Assembly (NCBI GenBank): GCA_951406725.2
Contig: OX597822.1
Span: 50,964,001-51,028,000 of the forward strand
DNA: 64,000 nucleotides
Direction: 5' to 3'
From: Octopus vulgaris
Lineage: Eukaryota
Shown: positions 13,796 to 25,156 of the stretch, piece by piece
Layout: the number at the start of each line of letters is the position of its first letter
How positions within the stretch are numbered: the stretch's first letter is position 1
Program-made: the position numbers and the translations under genes
The notes under the pieces: generated by a model
The model's database searches: none
Told to the model about the DNA's origin: nothing
What the model saw: only the letters and a program-made list of their open reading frames with translations

Positions 13796-13869
13796 GTATT
13801 CAATAATAAAACTACTGCTGCTGCTAATAATAATCATGATATTTAGCATTCAACATGTATTAACACAAC

Positions 13870-14435
13870 CAACATGGCTCAAAAAGAGTGGTAAAAATGT
13901 AAAGACAGTACACCTGCAAAGTTTCTTCTAAAGGTTCTTCAAGGATGACCAGTAAACATGTGTCAACTTATTCTAGTGACTGTGGAGAATTGACACTTTC
14001 CATCAAACCCAAATAGGACTGATAATTGTGGAAGACTGTGCGTATCGTACTCGATAGCTTAATGATATATCTAGCCCCAAACAAGGAAACATTGCTAGTG
14101 ACAGTCAGGAACGACGGAGAGCAGAGAAAATAGGAAAAACAAAGGAAGGACTACAAAAAGAACGTCAAGAAGAATTACGCAACAAAGGACTTCACAATCA
14201 ATTCCATGTAACTACAACCGAATTTGCCGGGAAAATAGGTGGGATTGGCTGTAGAAAGGAACACAAAACAACGATAGTGAGAGCACAATACTGGCAGCGC
14301 AAGATAAAGTCATGGCCTCGAAATGGAGGATCAATCTTGGCATCTACAACAGAGTGGATGATACCATCTCCCACATCAAGAACGAATGCCCTAGATAGAA
14401 CGGATAGCAGGTAACAAGCATGCAACGCATGTAAG
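13870..14435 (+). mobile_element. Decayed R4/Dong-like (RLE) non-LTR retrotransposon fragment
   Basis: KGLHNQF, WDWL*KG, ESTILAAQD and DTISHIKNECP recognisable across frameshifts. Confidence 0.6.
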
Positions 14436-14439
14436 ACTT

Positions 14440-15467
14440 TTATTAGCCTTTTATTGTAGGTCAATATATAGATATAAATGAGACATTTACAAAATATCAT
14501 AAGGCCTCTTCGGAGATTATGTAATATAAATCAGTCTACATATATACCCACGTGGGTGTGGGTACATACCCATAATACAACATATACATATGAGTGCATA
14601 TACTCACACTCCTATGCATATAAAAATATACATATACATAATGATATAAATAAATAATATAAATTAGTAAACATATATGTGTTCCACATTCAACGTCTCA
14701 GTTTTTCGACTTAATATTGTGATAATAAACATACACAAATTAGTACGTAGATGAAAATATACATAGTCAATAATACATTATATTACTTCATACTAATTTC
14801 TAAAGTGTCATTATGAAGTAATATAATGTGCTATTGACTATGTATATTTGCATCTAGGTACTAATTTGTGTATGTTTATTATCACAATATTAAGTCGAAA
14901 AACTGAGACGTTGAATGTGGAACACATATATATGCTTACTAATTTATATTATTTATTTATATCATTATGTATATGTATATTTTTATATGTATAGGAGTGT
15001 GAGTATATGCACTTATATGTATATGTATATGTTGTATTATGGGTATGTACCCACACCCATGTGGGTATATATGTAGACTGATTTATATTACATAATCTCC
15101 GAGGAGGCCTTATGATATTTTTGTAAATGTCTCATTTATATCTATATATTGACCTACCATAAAAAGGCTAATATTGGTAAAATGAGACATATTTATCTAC
15201 ATGGCCGAAACAGCTGTAAGATGTAATCTATACTTATATTTATATTTACTTATATTTATATTCTCTTTTATATATATTCTACTTATTATACAACATTACA
15301 CTTTTATGTACACTTTTTTATGTACATTCCTTTATGTACACTGATTTGTTCTGCTTTTTATATTTAACCCTACAGTCTCTTATGTGGAGGTTTAATAAAG
15401 TATGTGATTGAGTATTATCTGGTAATTGATATTTGATTTAGATGTATTTCTCCATTTTCTTATCTTG

Positions 15468-15470
<3 letters not shown>
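14440..15470. mobile_element. HHR-bearing non-coding PLE-like tail (14812-15470, +) with a ~350-bp inverted duplicate (14440-14792)
   Basis: Arms 14440-14792 and 14812-15173 are near-identical reverse complements with a ~19-nt spacer; 3' part homologous to 22250-22530. Confidence 0.8.
15087..15227 (+). ncRNA. Type I hammerhead with ~100-nt stem II and CCGAGGA core variant
   Basis: Stem I ATTACAT..TCT/AGATGTAAT; CCGAGGA 15099-15105; GGCC..ATGTCTCATTT..AAATGAGACAT..GGCC; GAAA 15207-15210; palindrome CAGCTG; GUA. Confidence 0.7.
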
Positions 15471-15499
<29 letters not shown>

Positions 15500-15503
15500 C
15501 ACA

Positions 15504-15538
<35 letters not shown>

Positions 15539-16460
15539 TAGATATAGATTTTTATACATGCATATATATCTATATCTATCTATCTAACTCTATAATGTTT
15601 GTGTATGTGTGTGTATCCATGTCTGTGTGTATGTATATGTGTGAGTACGTATGTATATGTATGTGCGCATGTATATGTATATGTACGTATGTATATGTAT
15701 ATGTATGTATGTATGTATGTATGTATATGTATGTATGTATTTGTATTGCCGAGTTAAAGACAAACTAATGGATGTTTTCTGAATTTCATCAATATTCTTA
15801 CATTATTTACATTACCTACATATGGTTTATGTAAATGAAAGTTCTTTTTGTAAATCTTTTTCTTTTTTGTAAACATACACAAGTAAAATTTAAAAAAATA
15901 GAATTAATTACTGATGATTTTTGGCAGACGAAATTGCAATTATTCTGAAAGTCAAATCTATGGCTTATCTTTCAGTGAGATGAATAATTGTAATATGCCA
16001 AGATGAAAAAATGAGATCAAAAATATAGACGAGATAAATGAGTATAAGAAAGATGGTGGGAAGATGTTGGTGAAATAGTTCATGGATAAATTCAGAGACA
16101 GGTTTAAAGATTATCTAACAAAGCAAATATAAAAAATATCAATATCCAAACAGTATTAAACGTGGTAATTAGTAAACTGAAAATTGAAGTTAGAAATTTG
16201 ATGCATTGCTATTTTTTATGATTACTTCAATTATGATGTATACCTAATTCAAATATCTAATATACAGTTGACAAATACATGCATACATCTACACACACAT
16301 ATATGTGTGTATATATATAAATGAATATATATATATATATATGTGTGTGTAGTGATATGTATATATATATGCTATATATATGTATATACACATATATATG
16401 TATATATGTATATATATATGTATAAATATGTATATACACATATATATGTATATATATATG

Positions 16461-16495
<35 letters not shown>

Positions 16496-16496
16496 G

Positions 16497-16527
<31 letters not shown>

Positions 16528-16628
16528 GCATATATATATATGTATATATATATATGTATATATATATGTATATATATATGTGTATATATATATGTATATA
16601 TATATATATGTGTATATATATATATATG

Positions 16629-16659
<31 letters not shown>

Positions 16660-16717
16660 GTGTATATATATATATGTATATATATATATGTATATATATA
16701 TATTTGTATATGTATAT

Positions 16718-16790
<73 letters not shown>

Positions 16791-16794
16791 ATGT

Positions 16795-19665
16795 ATAAAT
16801 GATAAATTATAATATTCAGTTCACGATGGATCATAACGAAGAAGAATTGCCATTTTTAGACATCCTCATTAAGAAAGCCGGCAACAAAATAGAGACTGAT
16901 ATCTATTATAAACCGACAAACTCCAAGCAATACCTACCCTGTGATTCATGCCACCGAAGACACACTAGAATAAATGTCCATTTTTGTTTAGCTAGAAGGA
17001 TTTGCACCATAATGTCAGACACAAACACCCGACACACACCTCTCCAGGAACTTAGAAATACGAACGGCGTTCAATAAGTTTGATCTAGCTGAAATTTTGC
17101 ATATGCACGTATTCATACCCCTATAGATTAAGTGGCGAATTACAGCTCTGAACTAATTGTGGTTTCCGATTTACAGGTGTTTGAACTGAGTCAAGTGTGA
17201 AATGGAGCCTGTTGAGTGTCGAGCAGTGATCTGGTTTGTGTATTTGAAAGGACGCACACCACGGGAGACTTTTGATGAAATGAAAGTAACTTATGGTGAT
17301 GATGCCCCATCATATGACCTTGTAAAACGCTGGCATTGTGAATTCAAACATAGTCGGAACTCTGTGGAAACAGCTCCCAGATCTGGTCGCCCCCTTCTGC
17401 CGTTGATGAGACGTGTGTCCGTCAAGTTGAGGCTGCCATTTTGGAAGGTCAACGCATAACTATTCGCCAAATAGCCCATAAGGTCAAGATTAGTACCGGG
17501 TCTGTGGAAACTATCATTCATGACCATTTGCATATGCAAAAGGTGTCTGCCAGATGGATTTCCAGAAGCAAGAACGTGTTGAGTGCTCGAGGATGAATTT
17601 GGAGATGTGCCAAGAAGATGAGTCAAAATTTTTCAAAAGACTGGTCACACAGGATAAAACCTGGGTCCATCACTATGATCCATAGACCAAAGCCCAATCA
17701 ATGCAGTGAAAGCACCGTGACTCACCTCCTCCAAAGAAGGCAAGGGTGCAGCCCTCCGCTGACAAGGTTATGCTCACAGTCTTCTGGGACCAGGACGGAG
17801 TAGTGATGACAGATTTCCTGGCAAACGGTACCACAATTACAGGAGCCTATTATGCTTCACTTTTGAGGAAATTAAGAAAAGCTATCAAAATCAAGAGGCG
17901 GGGCAAGATCAGCAAAGGAATCCTCCTCCTGCAGGACAACGCTCCGGTTCACAACTCGCGTGTCGCCAGATCAGAAGCACAGGCGTGTAGCTATGAACTC
18001 CTCCCCTTGCACCCTCTGATTTTCACCTCTTCCCAGCCATGAAGTTGATTTTGAAAGGAAAGCGTTTCCCAGATGATGCAGCCTTGATTTCTGAAGTCAC
18101 GTCGTGGTTGGAGGACCAAGCTGGGGTCTTCTACAAAAACGGTCTCCAGAGCTGTATCAAACGATGGGAGAAATGCATAACCCTGGGTTATGTAGGAAAA
18201 GACTAATAACTGTGCCAAGTGTCGTTGCTCTACTGCTATGGGAAGTGGGTCAGGGGCATTACTTATTGAACGCCACTCGTACACTCATAAATAGAAATTA
18301 TCCACAACCACTAATAGGCAGTGCAATCCAACGGGCACTCAAATTAAGTATAGAAGACCTGAGGCAAACAAAACCAAAAAAGAAAGAAACATTAAAAACC
18401 GTTCCTTACATCTCTACACACAACCCACTTAACAATGAGGCCTTCAGCACCATACTACAAAGCACAGCCCTACTAAAGGGAGACCCAAAGATGAACCGGA
18501 TCCTCGAAACACACACCATCATTAAAAGTAAACGGCAACCAAAATCCTTGAAAAGGATTTTAACCCAAGCTAAACTGCACTCAACAGCAACCACAAAACC
18601 AGTAGTTAGAAAATGTGGAAAGCCCAACTGCGGAATCTGTGTCATCCTGGTAGAAGGTTCAGAATTTAGACTAGAACAAGGCCATCAGTTCACCATTAGA
18701 ACAAACTTCACCTGTGCATCAGAAAACTTAATTTACGTCTTAACATGCGCAGGTTGCAATAAGAAGTATATAGGCCATACAAAAAATAGCTTACGTAAAA
18801 GGATGGCGGTGCATAAATCCCAAATTAGAAACCCTGAATACCGGAAAGTACCAGTCAGCGGTCACATAGATAGATGTGCTTCAAATGAAAATCCAAAATT
18901 TACAACTTGCCCACTTTACAAATTCAGTGACAGCGTAACCTTCACCCAACGCCAAAATAAAGAACTTTATTACATCTAAAAATTTAGACCAAGTTTGAAC
19001 ACCCTAGGCCAGGAATGTTAAAACAAAGCATTGGTCTTCCGGAAAGGAAAAATGAAATTCTACCACAACCACCACGATCACTACGACTGCTTCCACTATC
19101 ACTACTACTACAACCACCGTGGTCACTACTATTGCTGCTACGATCAACAGTCCTCTACTACTGCTGCTGCTACGGCCACAGCTTAACTGCTACAACCCCA
19201 ACAACCACCACGGTTACCAAAACTACGACCAACAGTAACTGCTACTACTGCCATTTAAGCCACTAGACATACTGGTGCTGCTAGGACAGCCACAACTTAG
19301 CTGCCACAACCAATAAGCTGCTGCAACACCAACCACCACCACGGTTACTACTACTACGACCAACAATCACTACTGCTGCTACCATTCCATTGGAACACAA
19401 GGAAGCAAAAAAAAAACAAGCACACGGTTCCTTTTGATACCAGCAAGAAACAATAATGAACTTCTTTACTACACTCAACGATAATATGGCGATTATACCA
19501 ACTACCGACAAAACACCACCACATGGATTCTATTGAGACCAGTGAGAAACAATTATGAAATTTTCTATTGCACTTTTCTTTCAATAATATTTTTGATAAG
19601 GTTCGTTGATAAGGTTCAAGAACCGAAACATGTAATATAGTGGCGTTTTCAAACTTCCTTTTTAC
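16795..19665 (+). mobile_element. Neptune-like Penelope element (RT C-terminus, Cys linker, GIY-YIG, tail), 5'-truncated and split by a mariner
   Basis: [16 protein letters not shown]; linker CGKPNCGIC; NLIYVLTCAGCNKKYIGHT..LRKRMAVH; decayed HHR at ~19586-19638 (TTGATAA-GGTTC-AA-GAACC-GAAA-CATG-TA). Confidence 0.85.
17061..18279 (+). mobile_element. Near full-length mariner transposon with inactivated transposase
   Basis: TA TSDs at 17059-60 and 18280-81; TIRs CGAACGGCGTTCAATAAGT / ACTTATTGAACGCCACTCG; peptides MEPVECRAVI.., KVMLTVFWD, LLQDNAPVH. Confidence 0.92.
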
Positions 19666-19672
19666 ACACATA

Positions 19673-20185
19673 TCTATATATATAAAACTGTAGTTGTGTG
19701 AGTGTCTGTCTCCTATGATTTAGATTCCTAACTCCTCCCACATTTTGCGGTGCAGTTTAACCAAATTCGGGTATCTTATAGTCGTGATTCATATCGAGCC
19801 CGTCTGAGTATTAGCGCGCGTCTACGATGAGTCTACGATTTTAAAAATAATTTAAAATCATTTTTCATTCCATTTTAATGCATAATTTTTCGTGTGTCGA
19901 TGGCGGCGGAGTTGGCGTCCATGGTCACACCTGCACCTGTTTGCTTCTCCCCCTTCTTCCCTCCCTCGTGAAGCTGTGGGGAACGGAGTGTAAGGAAATC
20001 AACGTCGTAATGCGTTGTCAAGGAGACCAGCGTTCTTTTAGAACAACGAATTCATGGCTTGCAGACACCAAAACAGAAATGGCTAGGAAAGCCCGAATTG
20101 GCATCTATAAAGGAAGTAACGCTCTAAAAATGCTTATATAGTTATTTCCCTTACAAACCCGAGCAACGCCGGGCGATACTGCTAG
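19673..20185 (+). mobile_element. Non-autonomous Helitron
   Basis: 5' A|TCTATATATATAAA; subterminal hairpin CCCGAGCAACGCCGGG; 3' CTAG at 20182-20185. Confidence 0.8.
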
Positions 20186-20590
20186 TCTATATATATAAAA
20201 CTGTAGTTGTGTGAGTGTCTGTCCCCTTCGATTTAGATTCCTAACTACTCCCACATTTTGCAATGCAGTTTAATCAAATTTGGGTATCTTATAGTCGTGA
20301 TTCATATCGAGCCCGTTGGCTATTAGCGCACGTCTGCGATGAGACTACGATTTTAAAAATAATTTAACATCATTTTTTATTCCATTTTAATGCATAATAT
20401 TTCGTGTGTCGATGGCGGCGGAGTTGGCGTCCATGCTCACATCTGCACCTGTGTTGCTTTTCCCCCTTCTTCCCTCCCTCGTGAATCCGTGGGGAAGGGA
20501 GTGCAAAGAAATCAACGTCGTAATGCGTTGTCAAGGAGACCAGCGTTCTTTTAGAACAACGACTTCATGGCTTAAAGTCGCCAAAACTTT
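20186..20590 (+). mobile_element. Second, 3'-truncated Helitron copy, head-to-tail with the first
   Basis: Starts with TC immediately after the CTAG of copy 1; collinear but diverged. Confidence 0.8.
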
Positions 20591-20737
20591 GTATGTATAT
20601 ATATATGTATGTATATATATATGTATGTATATATATATGTATGTATATATATATGTATGTATATATATATATATATGTATGTATATATATATGTATATAT
20701 ATGTATATATATATGTATATATATATATATATGCATG

Positions 20738-20784
<47 letters not shown>

Positions 20785-20815
20785 ATATATATATATGTAT
20801 GTACATATATATATG

Positions 20816-20862
<47 letters not shown>

Positions 20863-20920
20863 ACATATATATATATATGTATATATATATATATGGGTCT
20901 AATAAATTGTATCGAAAACA

Positions 20921-20998
20921 AATGCTGCTGATGATTTATAGATAAATATGTGAGTATAATTGCATCTTATGTTGATAAAGAAACAATTGTTCAGCATT
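20921..20998 (+). ncRNA. Type I hammerhead ribozyme
   Basis: Stem I AATGCTG/CAGCATT (7 bp); CTGATGA 20928-20934; stem II TTTAT/ATAAA; GAAA 20980-20983; palindrome CAATTG; GUU (cut after 20991). Confidence 0.85.
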
Positions 20999-21414
20999 AA
21001 TTTATCTTTTCGTTGTATTTCGCTTTCCATACGTTGAAGGTAATGTTATTTCTTTTGTGGAAACAACTTCGGTGGCTATACCAGAATAAGGAGTTATTTC
21101 TAACACTATTTCTAACCACTTAACGGTAACTCGCTTATATTTACGTATAAATTTGTATTGTCTCCCTGGTTTTTTATGTGCTAGGCAACTTGGTGTTAAA
21201 CTGATGGTATTATTAAATTAATATCTAATTTTTCACCCTCATTTATGAATTTATGAATTTAATATACTGCACTAAGTATTTCGCACAGTACTCGTTTCCA
21301 CTAATTCTTACCATGCTTTTTGGCGGGGAAGCTAAATCACAACTATGTATGCAATCGATTGGACCGCATGGGTGTTTTTCACCCGTTTGTGTCTAATAAA
21401 TTATATCAAAAACA

Positions 21415-21492
21415 AATGCTGCTGATGATTTAAAGATAAATATGTGTGTATAATTGCATATTATGTTGATAAAGAAACAATTGTTCAGCATT
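21415..21492 (+). ncRNA. Type I hammerhead ribozyme (second repeat)
   Basis: Same stem I, core and CAATTG as 20921-20998; substitutions confined to stem/loop II; cut after 21485. Confidence 0.85.
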
Positions 21493-21529
21493 AATTGATC
21501 TTATATATGTATATATATATATGTATATA

Positions 21530-21574
<45 letters not shown>

Positions 21575-21575
21575 G

Positions 21576-21606
<31 letters not shown>

Positions 21607-21650
21607 GTATACGTATATATGTATATATATATATATATATATATGTATAC

Positions 21651-21682
<32 letters not shown>

Positions 21683-21706
21683 GTATATATATATATATAT
21701 ATCTAT

Positions 21707-21751
<45 letters not shown>

Positions 21752-21777
21752 TATATATATGTATATATATATATATG

Positions 21778-21815
<38 letters not shown>

Positions 21816-21875
21816 TTTATATATATATGTATATATATATGCGTCCGCTTGATGTACTTGGTACAGTCATGGTTG

Positions 21876-21919
<44 letters not shown>

Positions 21920-22234
21920 ATTAATAGTAATTTTTATTGACTTTTTGTAGGGTTACAATTTTATGAACTGAACTGTGTGTTTTTTTATTATTTTTTTAAT
22001 GTATATATGTCTGATTTAAATTTAAATGTGAGTGTGCATATATTTTCCTTGAGGTTAGTTATGGAACTAGGAGTCCAATATGTAAACTAACTGTGTTTGT
22101 TAATGTATATTGATATATTTTGTTTATTTTGTATTATTGTATTAATGTGTGTATATATATATATGTGTAGTATTATGAGTGTCTATGCACACATTTTTAT
22201 ATTTTATATTTATATGTAAAAACTTTTTTCACAC

Positions 22235-22371
22235 TTATATTAAATTAAATTCTCTGAAGAGGCCGTGGGACATCCTTGTTAATGTCTCATTTATACCTGC
22301 CTTATATGGCTTATAGGTTAAATGAGGCATACTTGTCCTCACGGCCGAAACAGCTGTCAGATATGATATAA
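22235..22371 (+). ncRNA. Type I hammerhead with long stem II
   Basis: TCT/AGA plus TTATATTA/TGATATAA stem I; CTGAAGA 22254-22260; GGCCGTGGGACA/TGTCCTCACGGCC stem II; GAAA 22347-22350; CAGCTG; GUC triplet. Confidence 0.85.
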
Positions 22372-22553
22372 TTTTATTTTATATTTCTATTTCCTTGTCT
22401 AATTATATTTACAATATATTTTGTATAATGTTTTTGCTGTTATGTAATGGTGTAATAAAGTATTGATTGGGTATTATCTGATGGTTGATGTTTGATTGAT
22501 TTAAGTATGTTTCTCCATTTTCTAATTTTGTATATATATATGTATATATATAT

Positions 22554-22647
<94 letters not shown>

Positions 22648-22904
22648 GTATATATATGTATATATATGTATGTATATATGTATCAATTTTTACCCTAAAT
22701 TTAATGTTATATAAATACTTGTTCTCTAACCGATAAATTAACTGCTGCTAACTATTAGCTGCAGGCTAGTTTTCTCGGGTCTCATCGCGCCAAAATTAGA
22801 GACATTTGAAATATATATTTCAAATGTAATAGGCCGTACTCCATGCACGCGATATTTCGGTATCGTGTTGGCATTTAGTACAGCAAATTACATTTTATAT
22901 GGGA

Positions 22905-22970
22905 CCATGCTGATGATGGCTGCACTTTTCCTTGCGGAAAATAACAGCCGAAACTGAATTTAGTACATGG
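22905..22970 (+). ncRNA. Type I hammerhead ribozyme
   Basis: Stem I CCATG/CATGG; CTGATGA 22910-22916 plus an extra T; stem II GGCTG..TTTTCC/GGAAAA..CAGCC; GAAA 22950-22953; quasi-palindrome CTGAATTTAG; GUA. Confidence 0.85.
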
Positions 22971-23304
22971 GTAAATATTTATTTCGTATATTTTTCACTT
23001 GTTTATTGTTTTGGTTTTGTGTTGAGTTTGATCTGAGAACATAGACTTTTTGTGGAGAATGGCGATTTGACGTCTATATCTAGCATGTTGACTGTCCACT
23101 TTTTCGTGTTCAGTCCTTAATTGGTATGTATATATATCTATATATATATGTATATATATATGTATATATGTATATATGTATATATATATATGTATATATA
23201 TATGTATATATGTATATATGTATATATATATGTATATATATATATATGTATATATGTATATATGTATATATATATGTATATATGTATATATGTATATAAC
23301 GGGA

Positions 23305-23505
23305 AGCTTTATGAAAATAAACAAAAGACGAAGGCTGGTGGAAAACAAACGAACAATTGTATTAGTATGGCGCTCAGGAAATATAAATAAAACAAGTCTT
23401 TAACGTTTCGAGCCTACGCTCTTCAACAGAAAGATACACAGAGAGAGAAAAACACAGAAAGAAGGAGAGAAAAAAAATGCGTGCAGTAGCTAACGAATCA
23501 ACATG
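23305..23505 (-). mobile_element. PLE-like 3' tail with minimal hammerhead-like motif (23397-23434)
   Basis: Minus strand: TCTTT-CTGTTGA-A-GAGC-GTAG-GCTC-GAAACGTT-AAAGA. Confidence 0.6.
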
Positions 23506-23630
23506 GATATATATATACATACATATGTATATGTATATATATACATATGCATATATATATGTATATATATATGTATGTATATGTATATATATATATGTAT
23601 ATATATGTATATATATATATGTATATATGT

Positions 23631-23682
<52 letters not shown>

Positions 23683-24609
23683 GCATATGTATATATATGT
23701 ATACATGTATATGTATATATATATATATATGTATATATGTATATTTATGTATATATATATTTATATATATATGTATATATGTATATATTATATGTATATG
23801 TATATATGTATATGTGTATATATACACAGAAAGGAACCCTGAAAGAAACAAGAGAAAGTAAAGAATGCGTTGTGCCTAGCGATGTATCATGGCAAATGTC
23901 ATTCAGAAGTATCACACAGAAGAGCTAGGGAGAAGGGGTGATAATATAGTGGTAAACTCAAAACGAAGTGAGCGTTCGTGTGTATAGAAGAGATTGTATG
24001 TGTGTGCGGAAGAGGGATAGAGATCTTGATGTGCGTGTGTGTATGTGTAGATGTGAAGATGTGGGTCTGGGAAGTGGTCAGTGCTGGCGGTGCCTGGTTG
24101 TGTATGATGATGTGATGTATTGCGCGGTATGATGTAGTCGTGTAATGTGATGGTGTTGGGAGGTGAGGCAGTTGCATTTCTATTATATGTGCCATAATCC
24201 GAATTCACTGATATACACACATATATATGAAATATTTATAAGTGTATTTATATCCCCTAATATATACGCATGCAAATATGTATATATGTAAATGAATCAG
24301 TTTTATTAGCGTTATTTATAGTAATAATGTGGTTAGCAATTTCACTCCTTTACAGACACAATATTAAATAATTGAAGATAAAATACCGTGTATAATACCA
24401 CTTGCTAAAATGAAAGCTATTTCTCCCCAAAACACAGTAGAAATTACGATAAAAATACACACGAGCAATGCGATAAACATTTCGGAAATAGGCGTACCGT
24501 TTCTTACAATGCATCACTAAGTAATGCATGTTTCAATTCCAATTGATTTCACGCTTTGCAACACAAACATGCTGTCCGATCTTCAGTTAAAAACAGCATC
24601 TATCGCCTA

Positions 24610-25017
24610 CTAGCAGTATCGCCCGGCGTTGCTCGGGTTTGTTTCGACACTTTAGAATTTGAATTTTTGAAACGTAAAAACTTTGCTTGTTATTCTCTTT
24701 AAGTGAACTTTGCTTGTTATTCTCTTTAAGTGAACATTTTTCTGGCTGAAATGCATCGAAAAATGGTGACACAGCAGTCAAAAAATCGCTAAGAAAATAG
24801 GAATTTTCATAGGAAAAGGCACCTCTTTGATGTAAATAATTATTGGTGTTAACATGGCCAGATTTGAATTTTATCTGCTACAGAATGAGGAGCAAGCCTT
24901 CTTCTATCATACTCTCAATTTTAGTCAACTTGCGCCGCAGGGTCTCGGAGGAGACAGTATTAGTTGGGGGCTACCAAACCTGCCACACACAGACAAATTC
25001 AGCTTTATATATATAGA
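24610..25017 (-). mobile_element. Non-autonomous Helitron
   Basis: Minus strand starts TCTATATATATAAAG and ends CCCGAGCAACGCCGGGCGATACTGCTAG, the same 3' end as 19673-20185 but with a different interior. Confidence 0.8.
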
Positions 25018-25094
25018 TTTCTAAAATATCCATTATGTTAGCTCCTGTGCGTTACTTACTTTAAACGTGCTGCTCCGTTTAAAAGAAATGCTGT

Positions 25095-25156
25095 TTTCAA
25101 CTGAAGATCGCAAAGCATGTTTGTCATGCAAATCGTGAAATCAATTGGTATTGAAA
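25095..25156 (+). ncRNA. Type I hammerhead ribozyme (mutated inverted twin at 24531-24592)
   Basis: Stem I TTTCAA/TTGAAA; CTGAAGA 25101-25107; T-CG..GCATG/CATGC..CG-T; GAAA 25137-25140; TCAATTGG; GUA. Confidence 0.75.

Larger units (their letters stand above)
20896..21496 (+). mobile_element. Retrozyme-like non-coding element: ~105-bp direct repeats, each with an HHR
   Basis: GTCTAATAAATT…CAGCATTAATT at 20897-21002 and 21391-21496; no ORF between; microsatellite on both sides. Confidence 0.7.
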
